A stretch of 64,000 bases of DNA from a virus (IMGVR_UViG_3300046792_000244:1090-65089), one strand, 5' to 3'; numbered from the stretch's first letter, positions 39,927-48,825 are shown. The notes: generated by a model from the sequence alone, not told the origin. Made by a program: numbers and translations.

Positions 39927-40138
39927 GCTGCCGCCAACGCCAGGATGTCGCCCACGGTGGAGCACTTCGCCAATTGCTGCCCGTCGACGAGCACGCCCGC
40001 CTTCTCGTCGAGCAGGCCGATCACGCACACGATGGTGAGGCTGTCCCACGGCATGCCGTCGGCACCCATGACGGTTTCAGGTGTGAGCACCGGGCATTCG
40101 AGGATCTCGGCGAGTCCCTGCAGGAAGTCTTCGTTCAT
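39923..40138 (-). CDS. Acyl carrier protein
   Basis: 71 aa, acidic, WDSL phosphopantetheine site, TVGDI; coupled to FabH. Confidence 0.88.
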   Translation of the reverse strand: MNEDFLQGLAEILECPVLTPETVMGADGMPWDSLTIVCVIGLLDEKAGVLVDGQQLAKCSTVGDILALAAA

Positions 40139-40449
40139 GGGGTTCTCTTCAGTGGTGGAAGGTTGGCAACGATGGCGCGCGCGGTGTTCCACGCCCTGAA
40201 CTCGCGCGCCTTGCAGTCTTGGTGCATCTTGGCGACGGCTTTCACCTCGTCGGGATCACGCATGATTGAGCACCGCCTACGTTGCTTGCGGCGCGAGACT
40301 TCCTCGCGCATCTGTTTCACGGCGACGAGATCGCGCAGGGCGTCCTGGGTTTCGGCGATCTGCTCGCGCAGGCTCTGCTGGGTGTCGAGCGCGTAGTGGC
40401 AGAAGCCCTCGCACGTTTCGCAGTTTTGGCCTCGGGTGTGCAGGCTCAC
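40135..40449 (-). CDS. Hypothetical protein
   Basis: Coupled ORF, CETC motif. Confidence 0.55.
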   Translation of the reverse strand: MSLHTRGQNCETCEGFCHYALDTQQSLREQIAETQDALRDLVAVKQMREEVSRRKQRRRCSIMRDPDEVKAVAKMHQDCKAREFRAWNTARAIVANLPPLKRTP

Positions 40450-40703
40450 GTTGCGCTCCCGGTGGCCTTGGCGATGGCAGCGCGGGCGTCAGTCAGTGCA
40501 GCGTCTAGCTCGTTGCTTCGGTACGGCTGCAAACGATGCTCGCCTGCGCCGAACGGATGCCCAACGCAATCGAACAGATCGACCAGCCCGTAGCCATTGA
40601 GGTTCGCTCGTGGGTTGCCGTGCGCAGCGCGCGCATCGTCGTCGCATTTGATGATGGCTTGAAGCGCGGCCAACAGCGGCCCCGGCGTGTGCTGTGCGCT
40701 CAT
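40446..40703 (-). CDS. Hypothetical protein (MSAQHTPG...AIAKATG type)
   Basis: Termini shared with neighbours. Confidence 0.6.
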   Translation of the reverse strand: MSAQHTPGPLLAALQAIIKCDDDARAAHGNPRANLNGYGLVDLFDCVGHPFGAGEHRLQPYRSNELDAALTDARAAIAKATGSAT

Positions 40704-40927
40704 GCTGGGCCCCCGGTGGCCTTGGCGATGGCGTCTTGCAGTCGGCGGGCGTCAGCGGTGACGCGGGCGTCCTTGTTGATGGCATCCTTCACCCTATGGT
40801 TTGCGTCGTGCAATTCCTCCAGTAAGAAGCCGAACCGCGCGGCGACCTCACCATCGCGGTGTTCCTGCGGAAGCTCCTGCTTCAGATGCTCCCACGCGCC
40901 GCTGAGAATGTCGAAGGCGTAGCTCAT
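40700..40927 (-). CDS. Hypothetical protein (...AIAKATG type)
   Basis: C-terminus shared with neighbour; ATGA overlaps. Confidence 0.6.
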   Translation of the reverse strand: MSYAFDILSGAWEHLKQELPQEHRDGEVAARFGFLLEELHDANHRVKDAINKDARVTADARRLQDAIAKATGGPA

Positions 40928-41130
40928 GACTGGCTCCCGGCGGCCTTGGAGAGGATGTCGTCCACAATGATCACGGCCTGCCCCTCGGCGATCGCGTCAC
41001 GGATGCACCGCGTGGTGCGCTCACTGATTCCGCCAAATTCTTTCTTCTCAAGCCGCGCCAGTTTTTGCAGCGAGATCAGGCGACGGCCAACATCATCAAA
41101 CGATTTGCCGGGCGTGTGCTGCGCGCTCAT
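40924..41130 (-). CDS. Hypothetical protein (MSAQHTPG type)
   Basis: N-terminus shared with 40446-40703. Confidence 0.6.
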   Translation of the reverse strand: MSAQHTPGKSFDDVGRRLISLQKLARLEKKEFGGISERTTRCIRDAIAEGQAVIIVDDILSKAAGSQS

Positions 41131-41288
41131 GCTGCCGCCCGTTGCATGCGCAGGCACGACAGCAGGAAGCGCGTGGCATCGTGCAGCGAGATGCCAACCG
41201 AGGTCATCAGTGCGACGGCCCGGCCGAACTCGTGGCGCGCGACCATCTTGGCGCGGGTGACTGCGATCTTGAATGCGGTGGTGTGCAT
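41127..41288 (-). CDS. Hypothetical protein
   Basis: AAGGAG RBS downstream of internal promoter. Confidence 0.55.
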   Translation of the reverse strand: MHTTAFKIAVTRAKMVARHEFGRAVALMTSVGISLHDATRFLLSCLRMQRAAA

Positions 41289-41311
41289 GGCGTCTCCTTG
41301 GTTGTCGATGG

Positions 41312-41348
41312 CTTCACTATGCACGTATTACGCAACACTTGTCAAGCA
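41312..41348 (-). promoter_or_regulatory. Internal leftward sigma70-like promoter
   Basis: TTGACA at 41345-41340, CATAGT 18 nt downstream; 16-bp identity with promoter at 59113-59128. Confidence 0.6.
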
Positions 41349-41842
41349 GTCGGCGGAACCTGTGCGATATCACCGAAAAGAGGCTTCACGTGCCCAGACG
41401 CGACCAGCACTTCGCGCACGTCGAGCCCAGCCGCCACGGCGCGCATGAGGTCATCGTACGGGAAGTTCAATGCCGCACAGATGCCGCGCACGGTGAGCTC
41501 GACCATCACGGCACCGACTTTGGCCACCTCGTCGCGGTCAATTTGCAGGCCGCGGTCTATGACGGCACGTGCGTCTTCGATCAGCGCCTGCGCGGCTTCG
41601 ATGAAATCCGGCACATCGGGTTCGATGTCGTGGTCGTCAACGGCCTTCGCTACCGTCAGCATCAGCCCGCAGCAGCTCGCGGCCAGGCTGGGCAGATCGT
41701 TCTTCAGCAGCGCATTGCCGATCACCTCGTCGCTTATGAGGCGGATATCGCGCCGGCTCATCGTCACGCTTTGCTTAATTTCTGCGACACCATCGGGCAC
41801 GGGCTTCTTGCCGGCGCGAACGAGGTCTAGTTCGAACTTCAT
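41342..41842 (-). CDS. Hypothetical helical protein
   Basis: 166-aa ORF with RBS, coupled. Confidence 0.6.
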   Translation of the reverse strand: MKFELDLVRAGKKPVPDGVAEIKQSVTMSRRDIRLISDEVIGNALLKNDLPSLAASCCGLMLTVAKAVDDHDIEPDVPDFIEAAQALIEDARAVIDRGLQIDRDEVAKVGAVMVELTVRGICAALNFPYDDLMRAVAAGLDVREVLVASGHVKPLFGDIAQVPPTA

Positions 41843-42045
41843 GGTGGTGTTTCCTCAATTCTTTTGAAAAGTACGACCTCTTCTTCGTTGAAGTCGATGT
41901 AACCGAGGCGGTGCTCATCATCGGGCGCGATGATCAGTAGATTGCCAACGGCGTTAACGCAAAGCCGGCAATCTGGCAACCCGCCAAGCAGGTGCTGCAG
42001 TTTCTCGGCGCTGATCGTCTTGATGCCTGTTTCGGTGTTGAACAT
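41839..42045 (-). CDS. Hypothetical protein
   Basis: MFNTETG... 3' part of long ORF; starts just after GT stop. Confidence 0.55.
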   Translation of the reverse strand: MFNTETGIKTISAEKLQHLLGGLPDCRLCVNAVGNLLIIAPDDEHRLGYIDFNEEEVVLFKRIEETPP

Positions 42046-42050
42046 CGTGA

Positions 42051-44012
42051 TCAATCGTTGCGGTTGCTCATGTCGTCGGCACGGCTGCTCTCTTCGACCC
42101 AGGACGTTGAACTGATGACAGCGGCGGCGCTGGCCTGCATGTCTTCGTGGTCGCAGTAGATAGCCCACATCGCGTCTTCGATCGCCGATTCCTGGCCGGC
42201 TGGCGGCGCGCCGAAGAAGATGTCCTGCAGGTCGAGCCCGCGCAGAAACTCCCGGTGAGCGTTGCGCATGTCGGCATCTTCGATCAGCTGAATCGCCTTT
42301 GCCACGTAGTCTTCGCGGGTCTGCGCAATGAAGAACTCGTCGATGCCGGCGCGGCGAATCATCATTGCGTCGAAGCGCTCGTGTGGTTCCAGGCCTTCGA
42401 GCGTGAGCACGGGAATGCCCAGCAGGAAGCTGTCGATGTTGCTGTTCGTGCCGCCGAACGGGAAGGTGCTCAGGTGCAGGCAGCACGTGCGCAGGCGCTC
42501 CAAATAGGCGTTGTAGTGCGCGCGCTCGTAGACCAGGGCATCGGGCAGCCAGTCGCGGATCTCGCGCGCCGTCTGGAAGAGGTTCAAGCCCATCATGTTG
42601 ACGAAGAAGTGGAAGCGCACCTTCTTCTTCGTCCCCTGCTCGATGTCGCGCAGCGTCGACAAGAAGGGCGCGTTGAGCTTGCACAGCATTGCCGGGATGG
42701 CGATGTTCACGACTTCGGCGTCGTCTTCGGTGATCAACTCTGGAAACATGGCGTCTGGCCGCATGACGAAGCGCGCCGAGAAATCCGGGTAGGTGATCAA
42801 CTTCTCGGTGAACAGCGAGGCATCGCCGACGGCGCCTTCGTCGCAGAGCACGTAGTCCATCACCGGGCTGCGGCTGCTCGCCGGGTGGCCAAGCGACATC
42901 ACCTGAATGGGTGCGAATCGCTCGCTGGCCATGGCGACCCACCATAGCGCCATGCCCACCGACGGGTAATAGATGATGTCGGGCGCGATGGCGTTCACGC
43001 GCTTGGCGATGTCGCTCATCATGATGTTCTCTTGGTCGATGGCGTGCCACTCGTCGAACTCGGCCTTGCCCTGCTCGTCGATGTCGCTCGGCCTGCACAT
43101 GGCGACGACGTGGAAGCGCTTGCGCAGCTGGCGGATGACCGGCGCGTAGCAGCGGTACATGGCGTGCAGGCTCGTGAACCACTCGATGCCGACGAGCATC
43201 ACCGGCTTGCGTTCGTGTTTGCTCAGCGACAACAGGCGCCTCGCCTTGAGCTCGTCAGCCGTCGGAATCACGACGTCATGCCGGCGCATCTTGTTCGAGA
43301 AAATGCGGTGGATCGTCGCCTTCGCGTCGTGCTTCGTCTTCGACGTGCCGTAACTCGTATACATGTAGGCGTCGCTCAGCGTCGGCATGGCGGCGTCGCT
43401 GATGATGGTGTCAGCGAAGATGGCGTGCAGCGACGAGATCAGTTCGCGGCGCTGGTGTGCCTGGCTGGCCACCGTGAGCAGCGCCGACAGCATGCCTGCC
43501 CACAACGAAACGAACTGCTGCGGGCTGCGCTTGAAGGTCTGCTCGAAGTTCAGGGCGAACGATGATCGCAGGCTGTAGGTCATCAGAAACTTGGCGATGC
43601 CGGGCCCGTCTTTGAGTCGCAGTTTGTTGCGGTCGATCTCGCCGGGGTTCTGCGCGAGCTGCGGCAGCATGTGGTCGCTCGTCTCGAAAATGCTGCCGCG
43701 GAACAGCAGGTCGGTGATGGCGTGCTCGCTCGCGATGAAATCAAAGCCATCGGTCGACACGCTGAACTTGTCGTCGACGAGCAGCGCCACGATGGCGGCA
43801 GCGAATCGCGAATACAAGACAGGCTTCACGCGCTGATCGATCGGGTAGCCGATGAACTCGGCGCCGGCCTTGAGCTTGCGCAGGTTCTTCAAGAGAAGCG
43901 CACCCGCGGCTTCGTACTGATGGCGGTACACCAGGCTTTCGAACTCTTCCAGGCTGATGTTCTCGATGCGCACCTGGCCGGCTGGCACGGGGTCGTTCTG
44001 GGCTTCTGTCAT
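42051..44012 (-). CDS. HMW1C-like protein N-glycosyltransferase (GT41 family)
   Basis: N-terminal LEEFE..VY..QYEAA, SDAYMYTSY..KHDAK, KPVMLVGIEWF..HAMYR, YYPSVGM, LGHPASS, KLNAPF, FPFGGTNSNID: HMW1C/NGT architecture without TPRs. Confidence 0.85.
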   Translation of the reverse strand: MTEAQNDPVPAGQVRIENISLEEFESLVYRHQYEAAGALLLKNLRKLKAGAEFIGYPIDQRVKPVLYSRFAAAIVALLVDDKFSVSTDGFDFIASEHAITDLLFRGSIFETSDHMLPQLAQNPGEIDRNKLRLKDGPGIAKFLMTYSLRSSFALNFEQTFKRSPQQFVSLWAGMLSALLTVASQAHQRRELISSLHAIFADTIISDAAMPTLSDAYMYTSYGTSKTKHDAKATIHRIFSNKMRRHDVVIPTADELKARRLLSLSKHERKPVMLVGIEWFTSLHAMYRCYAPVIRQLRKRFHVVAMCRPSDIDEQGKAEFDEWHAIDQENIMMSDIAKRVNAIAPDIIYYPSVGMALWWVAMASERFAPIQVMSLGHPASSRSPVMDYVLCDEGAVGDASLFTEKLITYPDFSARFVMRPDAMFPELITEDDAEVVNIAIPAMLCKLNAPFLSTLRDIEQGTKKKVRFHFFVNMMGLNLFQTAREIRDWLPDALVYERAHYNAYLERLRTCCLHLSTFPFGGTNSNIDSFLLGIPVLTLEGLEPHERFDAMMIRRAGIDEFFIAQTREDYVAKAIQLIEDADMRNAHREFLRGLDLQDIFFGAPPAGQESAIEDAMWAIYCDHEDMQASAAAVISSTSWVEESSRADDMSNRND

Positions 44013-44287
44013 GTCTTGCCTTTCAGGGTGGTTGTGAAAACTTCGTAGTAGTCTTCGTTGCTGAAGCCTGGATAACCAGCGCGTTCGCTGTAGGCTTCCA
44101 ACCATGCCGTCGGTGCGATGGCATGGCCAGCGATATTCATGGCGCTCACGAGTTCTTTGCGCAGCGAGAACAGACGATCGACTTCGGCGTTCGCACTTGC
44201 CTTGTCAAGCCATGCCGAAAGCAGCCGCGTCTCCTGATCGTATTCAGGGTTGCCGCCGATGCCGACGACGTAGATTTCAACGTCCAT
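44009..44287 (-). CDS. Hypothetical protein
   Basis: Coupled between rmlB and the GT. Confidence 0.55.
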   Translation of the reverse strand: MDVEIYVVGIGGNPEYDQETRLLSAWLDKASANAEVDRLFSLRKELVSAMNIAGHAIAPTAWLEAYSERAGYPGFSNEDYYEVFTTTLKGKT

Positions 44288-45254
44288 ACGTCGCCGCATA
44301 GTCTGGGTTGTCGAGGTGCCAGCCGACGATCGACGCCATGCGCTCTTCGATCGGTTCTCGTGGTGCCCAGCCGAGCATGAGACGCGCGTAGTCGTTGTTG
44401 ACGGCATAGCGGCGGTCGTTGCCCGGCCTGTCGTTGACGTAGGCAATCTCGTGGCTTTCACCGATCGGCCGCACGGCTGCGCGCACGATCGAAGCGATGG
44501 TGAAGTTGCTGCGCGCGCAATTGCCGCCGAAGTTGTAGACCTCGCCGGGCAGGCCTTTTTCAAGCGCAGCGAGCAGGCCGGCGCAGTGATCCTCAACGTG
44601 CAGCCAGTCGCGCACATTCAGACCGTCGCCGTGAAGCGTCATGGCATCGCCTGAACTTGCCTGACTGATCAACTTCGGAATGAGCTTCTCGGGGTGCTGC
44701 CGTGTGCCGTAGTTGTTGCTGGCATGCGTGACGATCACGGGCAGGCCGAAGGTGCGGTGGTAAGCCCTGGCCATGTGGTCGCCCGCTGCCTTGCTGGCCG
44801 CGTAGGGATTGTTCGGCGCATAGGGGCTGTCTTCTGTCCAGGGCTCGGCATCCGGCGACAGGCTGCCGTACACCTCGTCGGTGCTCACCTGAAGAAACCT
44901 GAAGCCGCCAGCCGGGTTGAAGTCGTTCCAATAGCCCAGGCAGGCGTCGAGCAGGCGCGCCGTACCGACCACGTTGGTTTCGAGGAAGGCGCCGCGGTGA
45001 CCGATCGAGCGGTCGACGTGCGACTCGGCAGCCATGTTCACAACCCAGTCTGGGCGGAAGTTGCGCAGGTGATGCTCGACCAGCAGTTGATCACCGATGT
45101 CGCAGCGATGCCAGCGGCGCGCGTACCGCAGGTTCTGCTGCCGGCCGGCATAGGTGAGGGCGTCGAGGATGTAGACCTCGTGGCCTGCGGCTTCAGCGGC
45201 GTCGACGAAATGTGAGCCGATGAAACCAAGACCTCCGGTGAGAAGAATTTTCAC
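44277..45254 (-). CDS. rmlB: dTDP-glucose 4,6-dehydratase
   Basis: TGGLGFIG, LTYAG, AAESHVDRSI, STDEVYG, YAASK, NNYG..QHPEKLIP, RDWLHVEDH, DRPGNDRRY. Confidence 0.95.
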   Translation of the reverse strand: MKILLTGGLGFIGSHFVDAAEAAGHEVYILDALTYAGRQQNLRYARRWHRCDIGDQLLVEHHLRNFRPDWVVNMAAESHVDRSIGHRGAFLETNVVGTARLLDACLGYWNDFNPAGGFRFLQVSTDEVYGSLSPDAEPWTEDSPYAPNNPYAASKAAGDHMARAYHRTFGLPVIVTHASNNYGTRQHPEKLIPKLISQASSGDAMTLHGDGLNVRDWLHVEDHCAGLLAALEKGLPGEVYNFGGNCARSNFTIASIVRAAVRPIGESHEIAYVNDRPGNDRRYAVNNDYARLMLGWAPREPIEERMASIVGWHLDNPDYAATYGR

Positions 45255-45492
45255 TTTGCTGTTCCTCTTGTTGTTGACGAATCAAGTAGCTCAAGCCATC
45301 AGTCATGGGCGTCGTCTCCCATGGCGTCGCCAAGTCGCTGGCGATGGTGTCGGCGCTGATGTTGAAGAAGCGCTCGCGCGTGAAGACGAAGCCGGCGCGC
45401 TTGAGTTCGTTGCGCAGCCACGCCGCCATCTGCCATTCGTTTTTGAATTGGATGGCATCGCTGGCCCTGACTTCGAACTCGACGACCTTCAT
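45193..45492 (-). CDS. Hypothetical protein
   Basis: ATGA overlap with aminotransferase stop; overlaps rmlB start. Confidence 0.5.
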   Translation of the reverse strand: MKVVEFEVRASDAIQFKNEWQMAAWLRNELKRAGFVFTRERFFNISADTIASDLATPWETTPMTDGLSYLIRQQQEEQQSENSSHRRSWFHRLTFRRRR

Positions 45493-46574
45493 GCGAGGCA
45501 CGCGCTCAGACGAGCGCAGACCTGAGCAATATCGGCGGCCGTCAGGCTGGTGTGAAACGGCAAGCCCAGCAGGCAGTCGCTGAGCCCGTCGGCAACCACC
45601 ATGGGCCGGATCATGTTGGCGATGCCGTCAAGGCTCGGCCGCTCGTGTAGAAACGGCTGGTACCACTGCCGGCATTCGATGCCGTGTTTGAGCATTTCAT
45701 CGGCGACGCGCGCCGCGTAGTAGCCAGCCGGCAGCAGCACCGGAAACAGTGTGTAGTTGCCGCGCGTTGGCTCGTCTTGAAATACCAGCCGGTGGTCGTC
45801 GTTCAGCGCTTCAAGGTAGGCGTCGTAGACGCGCATCACCCTTTCATGCTTTGCCGCCAGTCGCAAGGCGTCAGCCAGGCCGACAGCGGCGTGGTATTCG
45901 CTCATCTTGGCGTTGGTGGCGCCTGGCCCGGCAAAGCACGCGAGGCCGCGGATTCGATCGGCCATGTCTTGACTTCCGCAGGCCACGGCGCCGCCTTCTC
46001 CGCATCCCCAGAACTTCGTGGCGTGCAGGCTGAAGACGACGTGCACATTCGGTGAGCCGCCGCAATCCTGCTCGGTAAGCGCGCCGGCGGCGTCGATCAC
46101 CACGGGGATGCCTGTCTCCTTGGAGAACCCAACCCACTCGGCGAGGTCGACGGGTGAACCGAAGGCGGCGACCGGCATCACGGCGTCGATGCGCTGCGTC
46201 ATGGCGATCGAACGCGCCATGCTGGGTTCAAGTTTCCACGTGTGCGCGTCGACATCGGCCAGGATGGGGATGCAGCCGGCGTTGACGATGGCCAGGGCGC
46301 TGGCAACGTAGGTGACGCTGGGCACGAGCACGCGTGGCAAGTCGTCGAGGCCGGTGCTCGTCGCGCTGAAATCCAGCGCCTTCAGCACGAGTTCAAGACC
46401 CAGCGTGGCATTCGCCACCGTCACCGTGGGCGCGCACGTGGCGTTGCGCAGCACGCGCTCGAATTCAGCCACCAGGGGGCCGCCGTTGACGTATTGGCGG
46501 TTGGCGTCGATGCGCCGCAGAAACGGCAGCACCTCGTCGGCCGTCGGCATGTCGGGAATCAGAAGTTTGATCAC
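45489..46574 (-). CDS. DegT/DnrJ/EryC1/StrS sugar aminotransferase (VioA-like)
   Basis: NGGPLVAEFE, ANATLGL, VIDAA, FSLHATK (PLP Lys), GEGG, NAKMSEYHAA, LGLPFH. Confidence 0.92.
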   Translation of the reverse strand: MIKLLIPDMPTADEVLPFLRRIDANRQYVNGGPLVAEFERVLRNATCAPTVTVANATLGLELVLKALDFSATSTGLDDLPRVLVPSVTYVASALAIVNAGCIPILADVDAHTWKLEPSMARSIAMTQRIDAVMPVAAFGSPVDLAEWVGFSKETGIPVVIDAAGALTEQDCGGSPNVHVVFSLHATKFWGCGEGGAVACGSQDMADRIRGLACFAGPGATNAKMSEYHAAVGLADALRLAAKHERVMRVYDAYLEALNDDHRLVFQDEPTRGNYTLFPVLLPAGYYAARVADEMLKHGIECRQWYQPFLHERPSLDGIANMIRPMVVADGLSDCLLGLPFHTSLTAADIAQVCARLSACLA

Positions 46575-46879
46575 AGGTAGACCCTTCGTTTGGTGTTGTT
46601 GCACTGCGTGCAAACGGTAAACCGCGTCGCGCTAGATGGGCAGGTCGGGCACGGCTCGGTGAAGAAAAGCGCGTGACGATGTGGCAGTTCAAGACCGAAG
46701 CCTTCAAACATCGACTTCGGCGTGATGTCGACGAAGGCGTGCGGATCTGCAAAGCGCAGCGTCGCCGCCGCGTCTTCGCTGAGCCAAAGCACTTGACCAG
46801 CCTTGACGACCGGCGCCTTGAAGTAGATGCCGTCGTCACCGACCGATGTCGTGCGAACGCAGCCGATGGCGCGCATCAT
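46571..46879 (-). CDS. Hypothetical protein with C-terminal CxxC..CxxC
   Basis: Coupled on both sides. Confidence 0.55.
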   Translation of the reverse strand: MMRAIGCVRTTSVGDDGIYFKAPVVKAGQVLWLSEDAAATLRFADPHAFVDITPKSMFEGFGLELPHRHALFFTEPCPTCPSSATRFTVCTQCNNTKRRVYL

Positions 46880-47820
46880 GTCGCCGCCCACTTGCCGCGT
46901 TGCTGGCGAAAGCATGCGATGCGCTCGTCGCCCTTGCCGAGAACGCCGGGGAAATCGGCTGGCACATGCGCGCAGATCGCCGCGTCTTCGCGAAACACCT
47001 TCTCGTTCAGTCGCGCCACGCTATCGAAGTAGTTGAACGCCGCCGGGCTGTTGGCTGGTGCCGCGTAGAGACGATGCAGAAAATGCGTGCGGCCGTCAGG
47101 CTGCGGCCAGTAGTTCTGCAGGCTGTAGGTGAAGCCGCGCGTCGAACTCACGGCCGCGTAGGGGTAGAAGTATGTGTGCTCGTAGTCCCATGGCTTATCC
47201 ATGTTTCGCGGCATTGCTGAGCCTGGGCTACGAAAGAATTGTCTGAGCTTGTCGAGGCGCTTGGCTTCAGATGAATGCAGGCGCGCGCGCGAAGACCCGT
47301 CGGGCGCCGTGTCACTGCCTAGCACTTCGTCAGTCAGGCCGAGCCGAGCCAGGCTGTCGGCGTGAACGTGCTCGACGTGCTCAAGGTCGAGCGCGTTCTC
47401 GACGGCGACCGTCCAGTCGCAATCCATGGTGAACTGCAGGCGGCTGTAGAGCGTCAAGTCCGGTGGCGCCTCTTCCAAGATGTCGGCGACTAGCATTGGC
47501 AGCTGAAGCGACACGCACTTAGTCGGGTCGGTCTGGCCGGCCACGAACACCCAGCCGTTGACAAGGCAATGCGACAGCGTCTTCAGGAGGTGAGGCTTCG
47601 CGCAGCGCCCGTGGTATTCACACACCGGCGCGCGGTTGCCTGACGATTCCTTGAAGATGCGCATGCCGCGGTGTGGGCAGCGGTTGTCCCACGCATGCAG
47701 GTAGCCCTCGTAGTTCATCACGGCGATCTCGCGGCCGTCGCCGAACACGGGGAGCGCCACGAAGTCGCCCGGGTTTTGCAGTTCGCTTACGTGGGCGACA
47801 AGGTGCCAGCGGTCAAGCAT
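46876..47820 (-). CDS. Rieske non-heme iron oxygenase (alpha-subunit-like)
   Basis: CPHRG..CEYHG Rieske motif; ENALDLEHVEHVH mononuclear Fe site; FREDAAIC. Confidence 0.9.
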   Translation of the reverse strand: MLDRWHLVAHVSELQNPGDFVALPVFGDGREIAVMNYEGYLHAWDNRCPHRGMRIFKESSGNRAPVCEYHGRCAKPHLLKTLSHCLVNGWVFVAGQTDPTKCVSLQLPMLVADILEEAPPDLTLYSRLQFTMDCDWTVAVENALDLEHVEHVHADSLARLGLTDEVLGSDTAPDGSSRARLHSSEAKRLDKLRQFFRSPGSAMPRNMDKPWDYEHTYFYPYAAVSSTRGFTYSLQNYWPQPDGRTHFLHRLYAAPANSPAAFNYFDSVARLNEKVFREDAAICAHVPADFPGVLGKGDERIACFRQQRGKWAAT

Positions 47821-48184
47821 GATCGCGCTCCTGTCTCACGAGGTCGTGCACTTCCCGATAGAGGCGCTCGGCGAGTTCGCCTGAATCCATGCCGCGGTGG
47901 CTGTCGAGCATGTCGGCCAAGCCTTTGCGAATGGCTGGCGGCACGAACAAAGGAACGGGAGTGATGGTGACGCCGTTGATCTTCAGCACCGTGTCGCGGC
48001 CCTGATATAGGTCTTTTTCGCGGCCATCGGTAACAACCGTTATGCCGTACACGGCCTTGCGCTTTGCTTCCATCAACATGGCCTCGTGGTCGTCGCGCGG
48101 CACTTCCAAGCCAGTCAGCCTCACGCCCGGGAACTTGCGCGCAATTTCTTCGCAAGCCATCGTCACATCGATCAGGTTTCTCAC
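47813..48184 (-). CDS. Hypothetical protein
   Basis: Coupled ORF. Confidence 0.55.
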   Translation of the reverse strand: MRNLIDVTMACEEIARKFPGVRLTGLEVPRDDHEAMLMEAKRKAVYGITVVTDGREKDLYQGRDTVLKINGVTITPVPLFVPPAIRKGLADMLDSHRGMDSGELAERLYREVHDLVRQERDHA

Positions 48185-48792
48185 TTCACTCTCCTTGCTG
48201 GATTGCCGAAAACGGTGGCGCCGGCTGGCACGTCTTGCACGACGACGGCACCGGCGCCGATGATGGCGTCATTGCCGATCGTCACGTCGGGCAGCACCCG
48301 CGCGCCGCTGCCGAAGAACACGCGGTCGCCGATCGTCACGCGCCCGCAGATGTCGACGTGCGAACTCAGCGTGCAGAAGTCGCCGATCCTCACGTCGTGT
48401 CCCACCGTGGTGTGCGTGTTCAGCACGCAGGCGCATCCCAGACTGGCGTCGATGCTGATCAGCGAATACGGCAGCATGATCAGGCCACGCAAGGCGCTGG
48501 CATGGTTCACCTGAATGGCGGTGCGGTGCCGGAAATTTCCGATGCCTATACGCTGAGACGCGCGTCGCCACACCTGCGCACGCATGTTCGGGTCGGCGAT
48601 GGCGATGTGGGCAACGTCTTCGGCCTCAAAGTTAAAGGCGTCGAGCGGCGTGGCGGTGTGGCCGCTGAACTTGACGCGGCCGATCTTGTCGTCAATGAAG
48701 ATGCAAGGCGGCGACGTGCTCGGCCCTTCGCATCCCCACTCATAGACCTCGCGGCCGAGTGATCCCGCGCCGATGATGATTCTTCTGCTCAT
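48181..48792 (-). CDS. Sugar N/O-acyltransferase, NeuD/PglD/VioB family
   Basis: IIGAGSLGREV, FIDD, VGHD, hexapeptide repeats, GAGAVV..DVP..VFGNPAR. Confidence 0.92.
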   Translation of the reverse strand: MSRRIIIGAGSLGREVYEWGCEGPSTSPPCIFIDDKIGRVKFSGHTATPLDAFNFEAEDVAHIAIADPNMRAQVWRRASQRIGIGNFRHRTAIQVNHASALRGLIMLPYSLISIDASLGCACVLNTHTTVGHDVRIGDFCTLSSHVDICGRVTIGDRVFFGSGARVLPDVTIGNDAIIGAGAVVVQDVPAGATVFGNPARRVK

Positions 48793-48825
48793 GTCGTTCC
48801 TTGTCGCCGGGATTATCAGCGGTCG

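Noticed and set aside
38934-40138. FabH/ACP/FabG as a membrane fatty-acid or polyketide pathway
   Set aside because: No elongating ketosynthase, dehydratase or enoyl reductase; the context fits a short acyl donor for an amino sugar
37826-48792. Host chromosomal LPS/fatty-acid operon flanking a prophage
   Set aside because: Enzyme genes alternate with coupled phage-type ORFs and are enclosed by phage lysis and recombination genes; no att site or integrase seen
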